In this document: one piece after another, positions 26,473 through 35,334 of the stretch
Position numbering within the stretch: the stretch's first letter is position 1
Layout: each line of letters begins with the position of its first letter
Translations under genes and position numbers: made by a program
The notes under the pieces: generated by a model
What the model saw: only the letters and a program-made list of their open reading frames with translations
The model's database searches: none
What the model was told of the DNA's origin: nothing
Assembly: GCA_003282105.1 (NCBI GenBank)
Contig: QCAB01000003.1
Location: 1 to 58,126, forward strand
Reading direction: 5' to 3'
Length of the DNA: 58,126 bases
Source of the DNA: SAR86 cluster bacterium AG-339-G14
GTDB lineage: Bacteria > Pseudomonadota > Gammaproteobacteria > Magnimaribacterales > AG-339-G14

Positions 26473-28020
26473 TTACAAATTTACTACAATGGTAGAAGGA
26501 CCAGGTTCGTCTACGGAAGAGGAAAAAACTTTTCTAAAGTCTTCAACTGTACGCGGCTGATAGCAAGGCACTCCCATAGATCTTGATAATTCAACCCAAT
26601 TAATTTCTGGATTTTCTAAAGAAAGCATGGAATCAGCTCTTTTACCTGTTTTTATTGCCCCAACTCTTGAAAGCTCTATTTTGAGAATTTCGTATGAATT
26701 ATTTGCAAAGATTATATTTGTTATATTCAAATTTTCTCTGGCTTGAGACCACAGTGCTTGGTTTGTGTACATAGCCCCGCCGTCTCCATGTAAAGTAATA
26801 ACTGGTCTATCAGGTCTAGCGATTGCTGCTCCAACTGCCAAAGGTAGTCCTTGTCCAATTGAGCCTCCAGTAAGAGTAAGCCAATCATGAGGTTTAGCTT
26901 TAAGAGCCTGCGGCGTCACCAAAAAACTTGAAGTAGCTGCTTCATCAGATACTATTGATTCTTCTGGCATTAAATTAGCAATCAATAGTCCTAAATTATT
27001 TACATTTAAATCCCCTGTCGTAGGCATGTCTTCTATCTTAGATTGAATTAAAGATTCAATTATTTCTTTTCCATCAGATTCATCAACTAATGCTCTTAAA
27101 GCTTTATATCCATCTTGTTCAGGAGTAGATAAATTAAGTATTTCTGTAGATATAGGAGTAAGAAAACTTTCTTTGTCTGGGTATGCAAAAAAGGATACTG
27201 GTGGTCTACTCCCAATGAACACTATTCCCGAAGTATCCTTTAAAAATTCTGTTGCAGATTCAGCGAAATAAGGTACTTGTTCAATAATTGGAAGGCCCTC
27301 TCCCCTTCTAATTCTAGAGACAAAAGTGTCTGTAACTAATCTGCACCCGGTTTTACTTGAAATCTTTGCAGCTAAAGTAACGCATTCTTCATTTAAAAAT
27401 CTTCCTCCTATAAACAACATTGAATTATCTTTTTGCAAGATTTCACATGATTTTTTCACAAGGGACTCATCTATTGGGTCAGGATTTAACTGTTCCAAAG
27501 GAGCTGGAATTTTTGATTTAAAGTTTCCCCATGCTGAATCAGCAGGAACAATCAGAGTAGCTATCTGACCTGGGAAAGCGTTAGCCTTTTGCCAAGCAGT
27601 GTTTCCCAAATCACAAAGATCGTTTGAACTAGTTGCCCGCCCCACCCAATCTGACGCAGATTTTGCTAAATTATCTAAATCTGAGGTTAATGGAGCATTA
27701 TGCTTCAGGTGATAAGTAGCGTGATCTCCTACAATGTTAAGCATTGGCGACCTAGCTTTCTTTGCATTATGTATATTAGCGAAACCGTTTCCTAATCCAG
27801 GCCCGAGATGTAAGAGATTTGCTGCACTTTTTTCAGCCATTCTTGCATAACCATCTGCAGCGCCAGTAACAACTCCTTCGAATAATCCCAATACTGGTCT
27901 TATTTCTGGATTATTGTCTATTGAAGCAACTAAATGCATTTCAGAAGTGCCAGGATTAGCAAAAATAACTTCCAAGCCATTGGCTACCAATGTTTTGATT
28001 AATGCGTCTGAGGCGTTCAC
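26473..28020 (-). CDS. Thiamine-pyrophosphate-dependent enzyme (acetolactate synthase / benzoylformate decarboxylase family)
   Basis: N-terminal PYR domain (FANPGTSEMHLV, GAADGYAR) and C-terminal PP domain (GSIGQGLPLAVGAA, HGDGGAMYT). GTG start. Confidence 0.8.
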   Translation of the reverse strand: MNASDALIKTLVANGLEVIFANPGTSEMHLVASIDNNPEIRPVLGLFEGVVTGAADGYARMAEKSAANLLHLGPGLGNGFANIHNAKKARSPMLNIVGDHATYHLKHNAPLTSDLDNLAKSASDWVGRATSSNDLCDLGNTAWQKANAFPGQIATLIVPADSAWGNFKSKIPAPLEQLNPDPIDESLVKKSCEILQKDNSMLFIGGRFLNEECVTLAAKISSKTGCRLVTDTFVSRIRRGEGLPIIEQVPYFAESATEFLKDTSGIVFIGSRPPVSFFAYPDKESFLTPISTEILNLSTPEQDGYKALRALVDESDGKEIIESLIQSKIEDMPTTGDLNVNNLGLLIANLMPEESIVSDEAATSSFLVTPQALKAKPHDWLTLTGGSIGQGLPLAVGAAIARPDRPVITLHGDGGAMYTNQALWSQARENLNITNIIFANNSYEILKIELSRVGAIKTGKRADSMLSLENPEINWVELSRSMGVPCYQPRTVEDFRKVFSSSVDEPGPSTIVVNL

Positions 28021-28027
28021 TTGAAAA

Positions 28028-28426
28028 CTAGTTAGACTTTTTTACGATGTCTCTCATAGAAACAACACCTAATAACTTGTCATTCTCCATTACTGCAAGA
28101 TGCCTTATTTGATTGTCTATCATTAAATCCATTGCTTCATCTGTGGTGTTATCTGGAGAAACTTTAATTATTTTAGAAGACATAATGTCTTTAATTTGAC
28201 TTTGGAGGTGTGCAGCGCCTTTCATAGAAATATCTTCAATAACATCTCTTTCTGTAATGATCCCAACAAGATTATTTGGATCATCAGATTTACCACAATA
28301 AACTAATAAAGCTCCGATTTTATTTTTATGTAAGATTTTACAGGCATCCTCTATGGAAGAATTTTCTGAAATTGAAAATATTTCCCAATACCTCTGATTT
28401 AAAAGAAGTTCCGATATTAAAGACAT
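28028..28426 (-). CDS. CBS-pair domain protein
   Basis: 132 aa with two CBS-like repeats (GIITERDVI and GVVSMRDIV). Confidence 0.8.
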   Translation of the reverse strand: MSLISELLLNQRYWEIFSISENSSIEDACKILHKNKIGALLVYCGKSDDPNNLVGIITERDVIEDISMKGAAHLQSQIKDIMSSKIIKVSPDNTTDEAMDLMIDNQIRHLAVMENDKLLGVVSMRDIVKKSN

Positions 28427-28491
28427 TTTTTTATAAAAGTGGAATTAATTACCCTATGCACTATAATAATTCATTTTAAGGAGTTTAAAAA

Positions 28492-28890
28492 ATGAATTTC
28501 CACAGAAGATTGTATAAACTAAAATTTTTGATAGTTTCATTGAGTCTAGCTCTTCCCTCTATTCTTTTTGCTGACACTGGTTACATTACAGTTGATGGAG
28601 AAACTATTGAGATAGAAGTTTCAAGGTCTTACCAAACGCCAGCAACCTATCCTAGAAAAGCTTTACGTCTCGAACGAGAAGGATACGTAATAATAGAATT
28701 TGATGTAGATCAAGATGGCTCAGTGATTGATCCTTACGTATTAGAAGGTGAACCAGCAGGTTTATTTAACAGAGCAGCGATGAAATCAATAAGGAAATGG
28801 ATCTACGAACCTTCCACTTATGATGGCGTTCCAGTTCAAGTCAATGATGTTCAAGTAAAAATTAATTTTAACTTGACCGCAGCCGAATAA
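28492..28890 (+). CDS. TonB C-terminal-domain protein (short, signal peptide or anchor only)
   Basis: YPRKALRLEREGYVIIEFDVDQDGSVIDPYVLEG...FNRAAMKSIRKWIYEP is a TonB_C fold signature. AAGGAG RBS. Confidence 0.75.
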   Translation: MNFHRRLYKLKFLIVSLSLALPSILFADTGYITVDGETIEIEVSRSYQTPATYPRKALRLEREGYVIIEFDVDQDGSVIDPYVLEGEPAGLFNRAAMKSIRKWIYEPSTYDGVPVQVNDVQVKINFNLTAAE

Positions 28891-28905
28891 AGACAATACG
28901 CAATC

Positions 28906-31896
28906 ATGCGTATAAGAACCACATTAATTTTAATTGGTTTAATAGGTAATGTAATACTTGCCCTATCACTCATCCTTTTATACAACTATAGAGAAAACAT
29001 CCAGAGAACATTTTCAAGCGAATCTCTCGTCTCAACCTATGAATCTGCTTGGTTCCAAACTTTAGAAACTTCTTTTGACTCCATTAACGCTTGGCTACCT
29101 CAAACAGGCGAAAGGGGAAATTTTTGGGATCCTGAAATTGAAATTTTTCCAGAAGAAGAACTCTCTTCTCCAGATCACCAATACAGCAATCCACTAATTC
29201 AATTCATTTCTGATAAAAATATTGGTGAATCAGGATATTTGTTAGATCTTATGTTCGAATTTGATTTGGATGAAGGTAATTTGAGTTTTGTTAAAGCCTA
29301 TTATCCTGATGGAAAAAGATTTTATTGCAGTTCTGCTCTAGATTTATCTGGGGTTGATGCTTGTAATCCAAACGCTGAGCCAGAATACCTAAATGATTTA
29401 AATAAATATCTATCGGATGCTTCTTCTAGACCTAGAAGATCATTGCAAATTATAGAAGACACATCAGGTAACGAAATAAGTACACTAAATCAAATCATGG
29501 CATTCCCTGTCAGAGCTTTCTCAAGGGATGCTGAAGCAATAGTAGTTTTAGGAATTGATATAAGAAAGTCCATGGAAACTTTTGGTGATGAATTTGAACT
29601 AGTAACAGCAGTGCAAACAAAAAATGGAGTTATCTCCTTAGGAGATGATTACGCAAGTTTCGAAACTGACTTAGGGTCTTATGAAACAACAAATTATGGA
29701 ATCTCTAATCTTAGAGATCACGTAGATAAAGCCAACGATAACTTAAATGATTTTGGGAATAGAACTTCTGCTCGTGACGCCTCTCTGGGATCTTCTATTA
29801 CCCTTTTACCTTTGAGTTCTTATTTATCTTCAGATAAAGCTCAGTTTTTTATTTTCAGAAATGAAAAAGCTAGTATTGATCAAGAAAATTCTATCTTGTC
29901 ATACATATTGGTTTTAATAATAGTGGTAATGATTTTTGTAATTGCAATAACTTCGACGATTTCCGCAAATATATTTGGTTCAGTTAATAAGGCTATCGAA
30001 GTGTTACAAGCTTTAACAAGTGGAGATCTTTCTAAAACAATGCCACAAAGAAAAGGTATCTTTAGATCGGAAGATGATGAGGTTGGAGAGTTAGCCAAAG
30101 CTTTAGAAATTTACAGAGGCCATTTAAATGAAATGGAAGATATTAGAGCTAAACAAGCAAATAGAAGAAAAGAGAGAGACACAGCAATCATAGAAAAAAT
30201 GACTATTTTAGCTGATGAATTGGAAGGCGATTCTAGAACACTAATTTTGAATGACATAAATAAAATGAAGTCTTTGGCGAAAGAAAGTTCTGACGAAGAA
30301 GGAGAAGAAGCTTCTATAGAACTAATGACGGTAGCTTTTACTAGAATGGCAGAAGAGGTTCAAGTGCTTATCGACACAAGAACAAAAGAAATGGAAGAAT
30401 CTAGAGACGAAGCATTAGAAGCAAATGAACAGAGAAGTAAATTCTTTGCAAACATGAGTCATGAATTAAGAACACCATTAAATGCTATTTTAGGATATGG
30501 GGAAATGTTGTATGAAGAATGTGAAGATTTAGGCTATGACGATTTAATGCCCGATTTAAAAAAGATAACAACATCCGGAACACATTTACTTTCTCTGATT
30601 AATAATATTCTTGATTTATCAAAAATTGAATCGGGAAAAATGGAATTGTATCTAACTAGTTTCGAAATTGAGAAAGTAGTTGAAACTTTAAGAGACATCA
30701 ACGCTCCCCTAGCAGCTAAAAATGATAATGGATTCAAAATTGAAGTTCAGGAAGCGATAGGTTCAATGACTCAAGATGAAACAAAATTAAGACAATGTGT
30801 AACCAATTTTTTAAGCAATGCTTTTAAATTTACCAAAAGCGGATTGGTAACTCTTAATGTAAACACTTTAGATAAAGACGGTGTTGAAATGATTGAGTTC
30901 AAGGTCACAGACGATGGTGAAGGAATGAGTCAAGAAGGCGTATCCAAGGTATTTGAAGAATATGAACAGGCGGAAAGGTCTACATCTGCGACTCATGGAG
31001 GTACAGGACTTGGTCTCCCAATTTCGAAGAGATTTGCTGAGCTCATGGGTGGTGGAGTTACGGTCTCATCAGAAAAAGGGAAAGGATCTATTTTTACAAT
31101 TTATATACCTAGAACCTGCGAGGAAGCTGAAGATATAGAAAATGAAGAAGTAAGTGCTTTAGCAGGTGAAAATCTGTGTGTTCTTATTGACGATGATATT
31201 GCTATGCATGATCTTGTAAAAAGAACAATTAAAAAAGCAGGATTAACCTTATTGGGAGCTACAAATGGTGAACAAGGGTTAAACATGATTCGTGAAACAA
31301 AGCCAAAACTGATTCTACTAGATGTTCTCATGCCTGGAAGAGATGGTTGGTCCATCCTTAAAGAATGTAAATCAGATGATTCTATTAAAGACATACCAGT
31401 AATTATGGTATCTCAGATGTCTCAAGAATCATTGGCTTTTTCCCTTGGAGCTGACGATTATTTAACAAAGCCTATCGAAAGAAATAAATTTTTAGATGTA
31501 GTAAAAAAATTCGTCTCAAAAGAATCAAAGAACAATACTATTTTAATAATTGACGATGATGAAAATACTAGAGACATTTTATCTCGTGCACTAGAAGATA
31601 ATGGTTTTACAGCCATAACGGCAAAAGATGGAAACGAAGGATTAAAACAACTATCCAATGATCCTGTTTTAATAGTTCTTGATTTAGAAATGCCTAGAAT
31701 GGATGGCTTTGAATTTTTAGAAAAATTTGTAACGATGGAATTTAAATCTAAACCCAATGTTATAGTCTACTCAGGCAAAGAGTTAAATGAAGTTCAAGAA
31801 GATTTATTAAACGCTAATGTTGAAGGATTATTGAAAAAAGATGAAGTATCTATAAACCAATTGCCTAATTTAATCTCTAAAGTCCTAAATGATTAA
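28906..31896 (+). CDS. Hybrid sensor histidine kinase with two receiver domains
   Basis: Two TM segments flank a ~300-aa periplasmic region, followed by a HAMP-like linker. H-box FFANMSHELRTPLNAILGY, G-box GGTGLGLPIS. REC1 has DVLMPGRDGW and REC2 has DLEMPRMDGF. Confidence 0.9.
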   Translation: MRIRTTLILIGLIGNVILALSLILLYNYRENIQRTFSSESLVSTYESAWFQTLETSFDSINAWLPQTGERGNFWDPEIEIFPEEELSSPDHQYSNPLIQFISDKNIGESGYLLDLMFEFDLDEGNLSFVKAYYPDGKRFYCSSALDLSGVDACNPNAEPEYLNDLNKYLSDASSRPRRSLQIIEDTSGNEISTLNQIMAFPVRAFSRDAEAIVVLGIDIRKSMETFGDEFELVTAVQTKNGVISLGDDYASFETDLGSYETTNYGISNLRDHVDKANDNLNDFGNRTSARDASLGSSITLLPLSSYLSSDKAQFFIFRNEKASIDQENSILSYILVLIIVVMIFVIAITSTISANIFGSVNKAIEVLQALTSGDLSKTMPQRKGIFRSEDDEVGELAKALEIYRGHLNEMEDIRAKQANRRKERDTAIIEKMTILADELEGDSRTLILNDINKMKSLAKESSDEEGEEASIELMTVAFTRMAEEVQVLIDTRTKEMEESRDEALEANEQRSKFFANMSHELRTPLNAILGYGEMLYEECEDLGYDDLMPDLKKITTSGTHLLSLINNILDLSKIESGKMELYLTSFEIEKVVETLRDINAPLAAKNDNGFKIEVQEAIGSMTQDETKLRQCVTNFLSNAFKFTKSGLVTLNVNTLDKDGVEMIEFKVTDDGEGMSQEGVSKVFEEYEQAERSTSATHGGTGLGLPISKRFAELMGGGVTVSSEKGKGSIFTIYIPRTCEEAEDIENEEVSALAGENLCVLIDDDIAMHDLVKRTIKKAGLTLLGATNGEQGLNMIRETKPKLILLDVLMPGRDGWSILKECKSDDSIKDIPVIMVSQMSQESLAFSLGADDYLTKPIERNKFLDVVKKFVSKESKNNTILIIDDDENTRDILSRALEDNGFTAITAKDGNEGLKQLSNDPVLIVLDLEMPRMDGFEFLEKFVTMEFKSKPNVIVYSGKELNEVQEDLLNANVEGLLKKDEVSINQLPNLISKVLND

Positions 31897-32255
31897 TTTA
31901 TATTAGATTCGATTTTTTCTAAAAGCCTTTTAAAATCTACTGGCTTCGTATCAAAATCATCAGCTCCACAATCAAGAGCCTTTTGTTTGTCTGTTTCCAT
32001 AGCGTGAGCTGTTAGGGCAATTATGGGAATTTCAGAAATTTCAGGATCAGCCTTAGCTTTAGTAGTTGCTTCCCAACCATCCATTACAGGCAAACCCATA
32101 TCCATAAGAACTACATCGGGAGATTCAGATTTCATTTTGTCTAAACCCTCTTGACCATCAAAAGCGAAAATTACCTCATAATCACGTCTTTTAAGCCTTC
32201 GTCCTAACATATCACGATTCATCTCATTATCTTCGACGTAAAGTATTTTTTTCAT
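31893..32255 (-). CDS. Single-domain response regulator (CheY-like)
   Basis: ILYVEDNEMNRD...VLMDMGLPVMDGWE...ALTAHAM...KP. Confidence 0.9.
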   Translation of the reverse strand: MKKILYVEDNEMNRDMLGRRLKRRDYEVIFAFDGQEGLDKMKSESPDVVLMDMGLPVMDGWEATTKAKADPEISEIPIIALTAHAMETDKQKALDCGADDFDTKPVDFKRLLEKIESNIN

Positions 32256-32264
32256 TTCAATCTC

Positions 32265-33734
32265 CTATTTATTGAAAATAATTTGATTACGCCCCCCTTC
32301 TTTAGCCTTATAAAGTCTTTCATCAGCTAAATTAATCAAATCTTCCAAATTGTCAATTTCAGCAGAAGAAGCAAGACCTCCACTCATGGTAACCTTTATA
32401 TTATGATCTTGAAATTTTATCGATAAATCAACTATTTCTTTTCTTATATTTTCACAAAAATCAATGACAGAATGATTTTCAAGTTTATCTATAACCGCAA
32501 TAAATTCTTCTCCTCCAACTCTACCTACAAGATTAGGTTTAAAAGAACTATTCAATTTATTTGCTATTGCTATCAAAACCTCGTCTCCTCCAGGATGTCC
32601 ATAAGTATCGTTGATCGATTTAAAAAAATCTATATCCATTGAAAGAATATTAAAAACGTAATCATCTTTCTTCTTAGTTTTTCTAAAAGCCTTATCAATT
32701 TTATCAAACACTACTTTTCTGTTGGAAATTCCGGTCAAAGGACAGGTTGTTGCTCGAACGTGTAATTCTTTTAGGAGCTCTTGCTCCCTCGAACGAAAAT
32801 ATTTTGCCTCCAAACTCGCAATGGATTTTGCCATTAAGATTGTACCGTTCAATGGTTTTGGCAAATAATCCGATGCTCCTAGTTTTATACATTTGGCAAC
32901 GCTATCAACATCATTGAAGGCTGAAACCATAATTATCGGCAATGAATCAATTTTATTTTTTTTTCTAAATTTTTTTAACAACTCTAAGCCATTTATATCT
33001 GGCAGCATTACATCTAATAAAATGAGATCCGGTGTCTTCTTTTCAACTTCTTCAATAGCAGTAGTTCCATCATAAGCCATTCTACAACTCAAGCCATTTT
33101 GACTTAGTCTTCGTGCCAGAACTTCACAATTAGTAACGTTGTCATCTACAATGAGAACGTCAGAATTTTGAAGATGCTCTTCGATTTCTAAACTATAATC
33201 GATATCACCCAAAGACTTAAAAAGAGATTCAGCATTTTCTATTTGCCCTTGATCTGAATCACTTGTATCTGTTTCAGAAAGCTCGCCTCTGATAAAATCA
33301 ACAAATCTTTCAATTGCTTTTTCAATGTCTCTGGAAAGATTTAAAATTGATTCAAGATCTTTAATTACTTCGTCAGACAAATCATTCTCAAAGTCTTCCA
33401 TGAGAATTTCGCTATATCCTATTATAGCGTTCAATGGTGTTCTAAGATTATGACGCAATACAGAATATTCTTCTGAAGATTTTTTTTCGCTATTTAGTGA
33501 AGTATTTTCATTGAAAGCGTCTTCATATTGACTCAGAAGCTTCTTCTCTGCGTCTTTTATTTGACTTATCTCAGAAGCAACATTTAAATGATTTTCTTTT
33601 GCAAACTGTTCAACAACTTCGATGTAATGTTCAATGGCTTCTGCTGGAGCTGAAAATTCTTGTTTTATCTGTGCCAACAGAATTTTTTCTGCTCCTTTGG
33701 ATGGTTTCGATAAATTATTCACCATAATTTTCAA
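32265..33734 (-). CDS. HisKA(H-box)-REC-GGDEF protein (diguanylate cyclase response regulator)
   Basis: H-box LRHNLRTPLNAIIGYSEIL with no HATPase N/G boxes after it. REC (VLIVDDNVTN...LLDVMLPDINGLE). GGDEF domain (DIDFFKSINDTYGHPGGDEVL, GGEEF). Confidence 0.85.
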   Translation of the reverse strand: MKIMVNNLSKPSKGAEKILLAQIKQEFSAPAEAIEHYIEVVEQFAKENHLNVASEISQIKDAEKKLLSQYEDAFNENTSLNSEKKSSEEYSVLRHNLRTPLNAIIGYSEILMEDFENDLSDEVIKDLESILNLSRDIEKAIERFVDFIRGELSETDTSDSDQGQIENAESLFKSLGDIDYSLEIEEHLQNSDVLIVDDNVTNCEVLARRLSQNGLSCRMAYDGTTAIEEVEKKTPDLILLDVMLPDINGLELLKKFRKKNKIDSLPIIMVSAFNDVDSVAKCIKLGASDYLPKPLNGTILMAKSIASLEAKYFRSREQELLKELHVRATTCPLTGISNRKVVFDKIDKAFRKTKKKDDYVFNILSMDIDFFKSINDTYGHPGGDEVLIAIANKLNSSFKPNLVGRVGGEEFIAVIDKLENHSVIDFCENIRKEIVDLSIKFQDHNIKVTMSGGLASSAEIDNLEDLINLADERLYKAKEGGRNQIIFNK

Positions 33735-34812
33735 TAAAGTCTTCTAAAAATTCTGGTCTGTGAAAAAAATATCCTTGACCTCTTTTGCAACCTAAATTCA
33801 TAAATTCATTCTTTTGTTCCAAAGTTTCTATGCCTTCAACCAACATATCTAGTTTCAAATTATTTGAAATATTTACAACAAATTTAACGAGTTCTTTTGT
33901 ATCTGATAAATCAATCGTATTAGCAAAGTTTTTATCTAGTTTGATTAGACTTATTGGTAAATCTCTTAGATAACTAAGAGAAGAATATCCAGCTCCAAAA
34001 TCATCTAAAGCCAGAGGAACCCCGCTTTCTTTTAACGTTTCAAAAGCAAATGCAGCTTTATTTCTATCTTCTAATTCAGCTGTTTCTGTTATTTCGAGAC
34101 CAAGTTGATTTTCTTCCAATCCATTTTCTTTCACAAAATTTAGAATCAATTTCGTAAAATTATCTTGCATTACTGTGTATGCGGAGACATTCAAATAAGT
34201 TGTAAAACCTTTCACATTATTTTTATTAGCAAAACTAAAGAACTCTTTAAGTTTTTTTAAAGAAGCTAGGACGACCAAAGAAAACAAATGCTCTCCTTCA
34301 ACAAGAGGTATTAATTTATCATTTGAAATAATATTCCCCTTTTCATCTAATAACCTTAAAAGAGACTCAACCCCAACAATTTTTCCTGTTTCTATATCTA
34401 CTTGTTTTTGAAACGCCATGCTAATGCGATCGTTTTCTAGACAGCTTATTGTATCTTTTAGTGCATCTAAAGCAGCTTCTGAATTAGCAAGAGCTTCAAT
34501 GAGAAAAAAAGATGAATTTGTATCAAAAGGAATCTCATGAATTCTAGTTCTCAAATAAAACTCTATATTTCTTAGTTTAATCTCTATGTCTGTATCAAAT
34601 GAGCTAGCAATCTCGTTATTAACAGAATTCTTATTAATGCTACTGATGTTCCCAATTGAAATAGATTCGTCGTTTTCAAGGCTAAATATGTATTGTGCAG
34701 ATTTATTAAGCCACTCAACCCCATTCGATTTATCAAAAATAATATAGGGACTTGGATGATGCTGAAGTGATTTGATTAAGTATTTAGCTTGTTCTGCTTC
34801 AATTATTCTCAT
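33715..34812 (-). CDS. EAL-domain c-di-GMP phosphodiesterase with N-terminal PAS-like region
   Basis: Motifs ESLLRL, LEITE, DDFGAGYSSLSYL, KLDK, VEGIE and QGYFFHRP. Confidence 0.85.
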   Translation of the reverse strand: MRIIEAEQAKYLIKSLQHHPSPYIIFDKSNGVEWLNKSAQYIFSLENDESISIGNISSINKNSVNNEIASSFDTDIEIKLRNIEFYLRTRIHEIPFDTNSSFFLIEALANSEAALDALKDTISCLENDRISMAFQKQVDIETGKIVGVESLLRLLDEKGNIISNDKLIPLVEGEHLFSLVVLASLKKLKEFFSFANKNNVKGFTTYLNVSAYTVMQDNFTKLILNFVKENGLEENQLGLEITETAELEDRNKAAFAFETLKESGVPLALDDFGAGYSSLSYLRDLPISLIKLDKNFANTIDLSDTKELVKFVVNISNNLKLDMLVEGIETLEQKNEFMNLGCKRGQGYFFHRPEFLEDFIENYGE

Positions 34813-35263
34813 TTATAATTCCATCCACAATTTTAACAAAATCTTCGTTAAAGGTTTCCTTCATAAAACTCCAAAGTTTTAGATGATACTCAGACTTAAA
34901 TAAGGTTTTGAAGGATTTCAAATAATTATCCCACTCTCCTGCATCAATCATTCCGATAGAATATTGATAATGCTGATTTTCTCTTGATCTCAGCATAATG
35001 CTGAAATAAGTGAGATACGCTGCATCTTCTTCTGGTGTAAGTTCTTCATTATTTCTAAGCTTGATTTTAATTTTTACCATTCTCGGAGTCATTCCTTTCA
35101 AAGCAATCTCCTGGTGACTGTCTGAAACATTTTGTCTGGCATTGGCTCTGGCAACTTTGTTTTGTTCTTGCATTTCTCTTATTAAGTAATAGATTGAAAC
35201 AATACCTGCAAGTGCTGCTAAAGAAGCTATCAAAGTATTTAAATAAGTCAGAATAAATTCCAT
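34799..35263 (-). CDS. Hypothetical membrane-anchored protein
   Basis: 154 aa with one N-terminal TM segment. It overlaps the EAL gene start by 14 nt. Confidence 0.5.
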   Translation of the reverse strand: MEFILTYLNTLIASLAALAGIVSIYYLIREMQEQNKVARANARQNVSDSHQEIALKGMTPRMVKIKIKLRNNEELTPEEDAAYLTYFSIMLRSRENQHYQYSIGMIDAGEWDNYLKSFKTLFKSEYHLKLWSFMKETFNEDFVKIVDGIINENN

Positions 35264-35334
35264 GATAAATATTTTTTTTAGAAATATTATTCTACTTGTG
35301 GATCAGTATTATACAAATCTTATATTTGTCCGAG

